From the NCBI RefSeq assembly GCF_000372725.1, contig NW_005202428.1, forward strand, positions 124,001 to 188,000: DNA of 64,000 nt, written 5' to 3'. Position 1 is the stretch's first letter. Each line of letters begins with the position of its first letter. This document shows positions 60,306-64,000 of the stretch, piece after piece. Below the pieces are notes generated by a model. That model made no database searches, was not told the DNA's origin, and saw nothing but the letters and a program-made list of their open reading frames with translations. The position numbers and the translations under genes were made by a program. Source of the DNA: Emiliania huxleyi CCMP1516. Taxonomy: Eukaryota.

Positions 60306-60379
60306 CGAATTCTCCCTGACACGGCGCCTCTCTCGCAAACCCAGTTGTGTATCGCGACCTTGTCTTCACGGGTGCTGTA

Positions 60380-61871
60380 ATGGGGAAACTTGCGGCGGGC
60401 GCGGGCAATGGGTCGGGGCTCTGCAGCATCAGCATAGCTGAGCAGTCAAGCTACGCGCCGTGCATCCTCGGGCGGAGCTTCGGCTGTACAAATGCCGCTG
60501 CCGCCGAGCGCTCGCCGTCCGTGTGGGTTCGCGGATGCCGAGGCCGGTTCCTGCTGCGCGGCTGCAGCGGCAAGGACGAGACCAGCATCTGGTGCGGCTA
60601 CCCTCCAGGTGCATCGAGCTACAACTGTAGCTGCGCCGGCCGCTCCACGGCCAGCTGGCCACGTGCGCCGCACCTGCGCAGCCGACGAGCCGATCGCACA
60701 CCGCCCGCAAAGACGGAGACCGTGGCAAACGCAGAGTCTCTCGCCGCGCTGCTCAAGCGCCGGGCCGAGGTTGCGCGGCAGACCCACGAACGGTGGGTCC
60801 GGCGCCACGCAATCTTCTCGTCTAAGATGGTGGAGTCTACTGACTGTGGCAATGGCAGCTCGTGCTCCGCTGCCTGGGCTCGATACGACTGCAATCGGAC
60901 TCAAAGGGCGACAACCGGCCGCGGCTCGCCGCTTTGCTCGCCGCTTTGCACACGTGCCAGCGTGATAGACCTCTTCCAGGTTGTGGAGGGCACTTCCTGG
61001 CGGACGCACCACGTGATGCGCAGCACGTATGGAGCTGGCTGCTTCCATAAATGCAACGGCCAATTCGGGGCGCTTCGTCTCAGCCGCGCCGACGCGGAGC
61101 ACCTTCGCATGGGGTTGTCATGTCCCCGGCAACCGGCGCGGCCGCCTCGGACGGGTGGTGAGCTCGTCCTCCACTATCCGTATTCCGGCGGGGTCCAGAC
61201 TTTGAGCGGCAACGCTTACGTCAAGTTCGAACCGCTCATAGTCAGCCGTGGTCGGATGGCGGTCGACGACGGCTTTCTCGTGTGGAGGAGCCCCTTCAAC
61301 CCGACGCCCGCCCCGAACTACACAAGGCTCGAAGTGTACCGCATCCCTCACAAGCGCGAGGGCGTGGGCTACGGGTGCTGGTCCGTCTCCCCTCCTCGCG
61401 GCAACGCACATGTCTGTGACGCCCTCACCTCACACGCCCCACTGTTTGGGTGGCCGCAGGTTCTACCCGCTGCTTGCGCCGTACTCGCGAGGTACGGGCG
61501 TCTTCATCGACGTGGGGCGCACGTGGGTGTTCCAGCGCCGGGAAGAGGCGCACATCGCCTTCGGCAAGCTGGGCCCACAGCGCGATGACAGCATGTGGGC
61601 GCTCACTGCGCTGCGGCACGGCATCGACACCGTCCAGCTCATGCGAGGCCCATTTCGCATGCCCGAGCTGCTGGTCGCGAGTCATGCTTGCACAAACCAG
61701 TCGGAGACGATCGGCGTCTGCCCGCCCATGCCGCTCTACACCGGGCCGGAGGGGAATTCGCCTTGCGTGTGCGACGCCCATTCGCACGTCTTGCGCTGCG
61801 CGCACGTATACAGACATGGCAGACCTACGAAGGCGGAAGGGCTTCGGTTTCCCACGGGCAACGGATCGTAG
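60380..61871 (+). CDS. Cys-rich hypothetical protein with an N-terminal DUF3011-like motif (one intron ~61380-61460)
   Basis: C.LGRSFG....VWV.GCRGRF; the spliced junction gives YGCW|FYP. Confidence 0.55.
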
Positions 61872-62138
61872 TTCGTACACGCGGTGTGTGTCTGTGTGTG
61901 TGTTTGGCTTGCTGTTTTTGCATTTTGGTCTGGTGTCGGTCCGCTGTTAGAGTTTGTTAAAATGAACTCGGGGCGGCCACAGGACGCGGCACACAAAGTT
62001 CACGGCACCCATCGCGGAAACAAGTCACGCTTGCTGTCACGCCGCACGCACATGCAGGTTGTGATTCGCATAGCGACTATTTCGCTGCCTGCCGCCCTCT
62101 CCGACCCTCACGCTCCTTCACGCACCACACCGCTCGTG

Positions 62139-63683
62139 TCACCCCCCGGGCAACTCCTTGGCCATGATGCGCGAGTTCCCAAACGGGTCGAGCAGCAGGG
62201 CCCACAGCCGAGGCTCGAGTGGCTGCTCCGCGTCGTACCCGCACCGGCTCCAGAAGCCGCCGCAGTCCAGTCCGGCGCACGCGGCGACGCAGCGCACACC
62301 GCGAGCGGCCAGCCAGCCCTCGAGGCCGCGCAGCAGCCCGCTCCCCAGCCCGCTGCGCCCGCGGCCCCGCGCGACGGCGAGGAGCAGCAGCTCCGCAAAG
62401 CCGGCCGCGCGGTGCTCGCGGAACGTGCACGCCGCCACGAGCCGGTCGCCCTGCCACAGCACGCAGCTCGTGCCCGCGTCGCGCACGTCGCCCAAAAAGT
62501 CGGTCCGCGCGCCGCGCCGGCGGCGGCCGCTGCTCGAGCCGGCGGCGGCGGCGGCGTAGTCGACGCTGCAGTGCGGCAGCCGCGCGCGGTAGAGCTCCAG
62601 CGCCTCCTCGAGCAGAAAGTACTCGCCATCCCCTCCGCCGAGCACCGCCGCCGTGCAGCCCTCCGGCAACAGACACGCGGGCAGCGCCGCCGCCGCCGCA
62701 CCGCCACCGCCGCACCGCGAGGCCGCCGCCGACTCACGGCGAGGCCGGCGCACTCCGGCGCCTCCAGCCACCTCGCCGCCGCCTCTCTCTCCGCCTCCAG
62801 CCACCTCGCCGCCGCCTCTCTCTCCGCCTCCGGCCACCTCGCCGCCGCCTCTCGCCTCTCCGCCTCCGCCCTGCGCCGCCGCACGGGCGGGGGCCGGCTC
62901 TGCATTGGGCGCGACGTTCTCGCCCGACGCCTCGGCCGGCGCACCCATGGCCGCCCCTCCCCCTCCGGCCGCGTCTTCTGGCCCGGCCTCTCCACCCGCC
63001 GGAGGACCTCGTCTCTTGCGGCGCACGCCATCGGGCCTTCGACACTGTCGCGGCGGCGGCGGCGCTTGCGGCGGCGGCGCTCGCGGCGGCGGCGCTCGCA
63101 GCGGCGGCGCTTGCGGCGGCGGCGCTTGCGGCGGCGGTGCTTGGGGCGGCGGTGGGCAGAGCCGCTCCCCAGAGGCGATGGCGTCGAGCAGCGCCGCCTC
63201 CGATGCACCCATGAGGCGCCGCCACCCATCACCAACCGCCTCCCAGGCGGCGACCGGCTCAGCGCTGTCGTCGTTGCGTTCGACCACCGCGCCGGCTGCG
63301 GTGAGGATGGCGAGGAGCTCCGCTGTCGGCACACGCGTGCCCTCTGCCACCTCCACCCGAAGCCCGCACAGCACCGGAGGTTCGCCCTCTGCCCGGCGGA
63401 GGCGCGCCGAGCGGCAGCCGGGGATGCCGCACTCAAACGGGGCTGGGTCGAGCGGTCGGCCAGCCGCAGCACTCTCGATCAGCCAGGAAGCCTCGACGAC
63501 CCAGGCGCCCCGCGAGAGCGCGTGCAGCAGCTTGAGCGTGCGCCGGACCGGTTGCCCGACGACGAGGATATCCGCCTCGCGCGGCCCAACCGTGCGGCAG
63601 CGGAGGGCGCGCTGCGCCGCCTTGGCCGCCGAGGGCACCTCGCCGCTGAGGGCGATGCGCGGAGGGCGCGCCGCGGTTACCAT
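62139..63683 (-). CDS. BRCT + GNAT acetyltransferase protein
   Basis: BRCT: LVV...RTLK.L.ALSRG.WVV..SWL.ES. Pro/Gly-rich linker. GNAT: VAACTFR...FAELLLLAV....RSGLGSGL...GFW.RCGY. Confidence 0.8.
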   Translation of the reverse strand: MVTAARPPRIALSGEVPSAAKAAQRALRCRTVGPREADILVVGQPVRRTLKLLHALSRGAWVVEASWLIESAAAGRPLDPAPFECGIPGCRSARLRRAEGEPPVLCGLRVEVAEGTRVPTAELLAILTAAGAVVERNDDSAEPVAAWEAVGDGWRRLMGASEAALLDAIASGERLCPPPPQAPPPQAPPPQAPPLRAPPPRAPPPQAPPPPRQCRRPDGVRRKRRGPPAGGEAGPEDAAGGGGAAMGAPAEASGENVAPNAEPAPARAAAQGGGGEARGGGEVAGGGERGGGEVAGGGERGGGEVAGGAGVRRPRRESAAASRCGGGGAAAAALPACLLPEGCTAAVLGGGDGEYFLLEEALELYRARLPHCSVDYAAAAAGSSSGRRRRGARTDFLGDVRDAGTSCVLWQGDRLVAACTFREHRAAGFAELLLLAVARGRGRSGLGSGLLRGLEGWLAARGVRCVAACAGLDCGGFWSRCGYDAEQPLEPRLWALLLDPFGNSRIMAKELPGG

Positions 63684-63778
63684 CCGCGTCGAGGGCGGCA
63701 CTTCGGGCGGGAAGCGCCGCGGAAGAATTCAAAATCCCAACAAAAGGCCCTGCGAAGAAATCAGGCCATCTCTGGAGT

Positions 63779-64000
63779 AAGTCCACCCCGATCTCGCGCC
63801 GCCTCGCCGCCTCCTCCACCGCCGCTCTCCCGCCAAGCACGCCGCCGCCCATCCGCCTCCTCGACCTCCCCACGGACCTCCTCGTGCGCGTCGTCTCTCG
63901 CTGCGACGGCCCCGTCGACATCGCTCGCGTCGCGGCCGTCTCGCTGCTCTTCCACGCCTCGCTTGCGGTGGAGGGCATCCGCTTGTGGGCGCAAGAGCGC
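63779..64000 (+). pseudogene. 5' part of an F-box/RCC1 paralog of 51972; the codon aligned with the start ATG is AAG; cut by the window end
   Basis: High DNA similarity to 51972-52202. Confidence 0.8.

Overview
This is GC-rich eukaryotic genomic DNA from a draft assembly with several N-gaps. Short introns, many with GC donor sites, long microsatellites and the gene families present point to a haptophyte alga such as Emiliania (Gephyrocapsa) huxleyi; the species is an inference. About 20 genes or gene fragments are recognisable: an ABCG transporter, an aldehyde dehydrogenase, an HSL-family esterase, a RING E3 ligase, ankyrin/LRR, BspA-type LRR, F-box and RCC1 repeat proteins, a HET-like protein, a GH16-like secreted protein and a BRCT-GNAT protein. 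They are interspersed with a CRE-clade non-LTR retrotransposon and many short 3' end copies of it, other LINE-type 3' ends, a TA-flanked MITE, palindromes and local duplications. The main leads are: (1) an intronless, probably secreted protein whose motifs follow the bacterial halovibrin (HvnA-type NAD+ glycohydrolase) family; (2) a PARP catalytic domain fused to a cullin neddylation winged-helix domain; (3) repeated insertion of CRE-type 3' ends at (AA)TTCTTTT sites, often right beside gene starts; (4) several candidate NAD-consuming domains sitting near ubiquitin-system and repeat-receptor genes. All domain calls come from motif recognition by eye; no searches were run.
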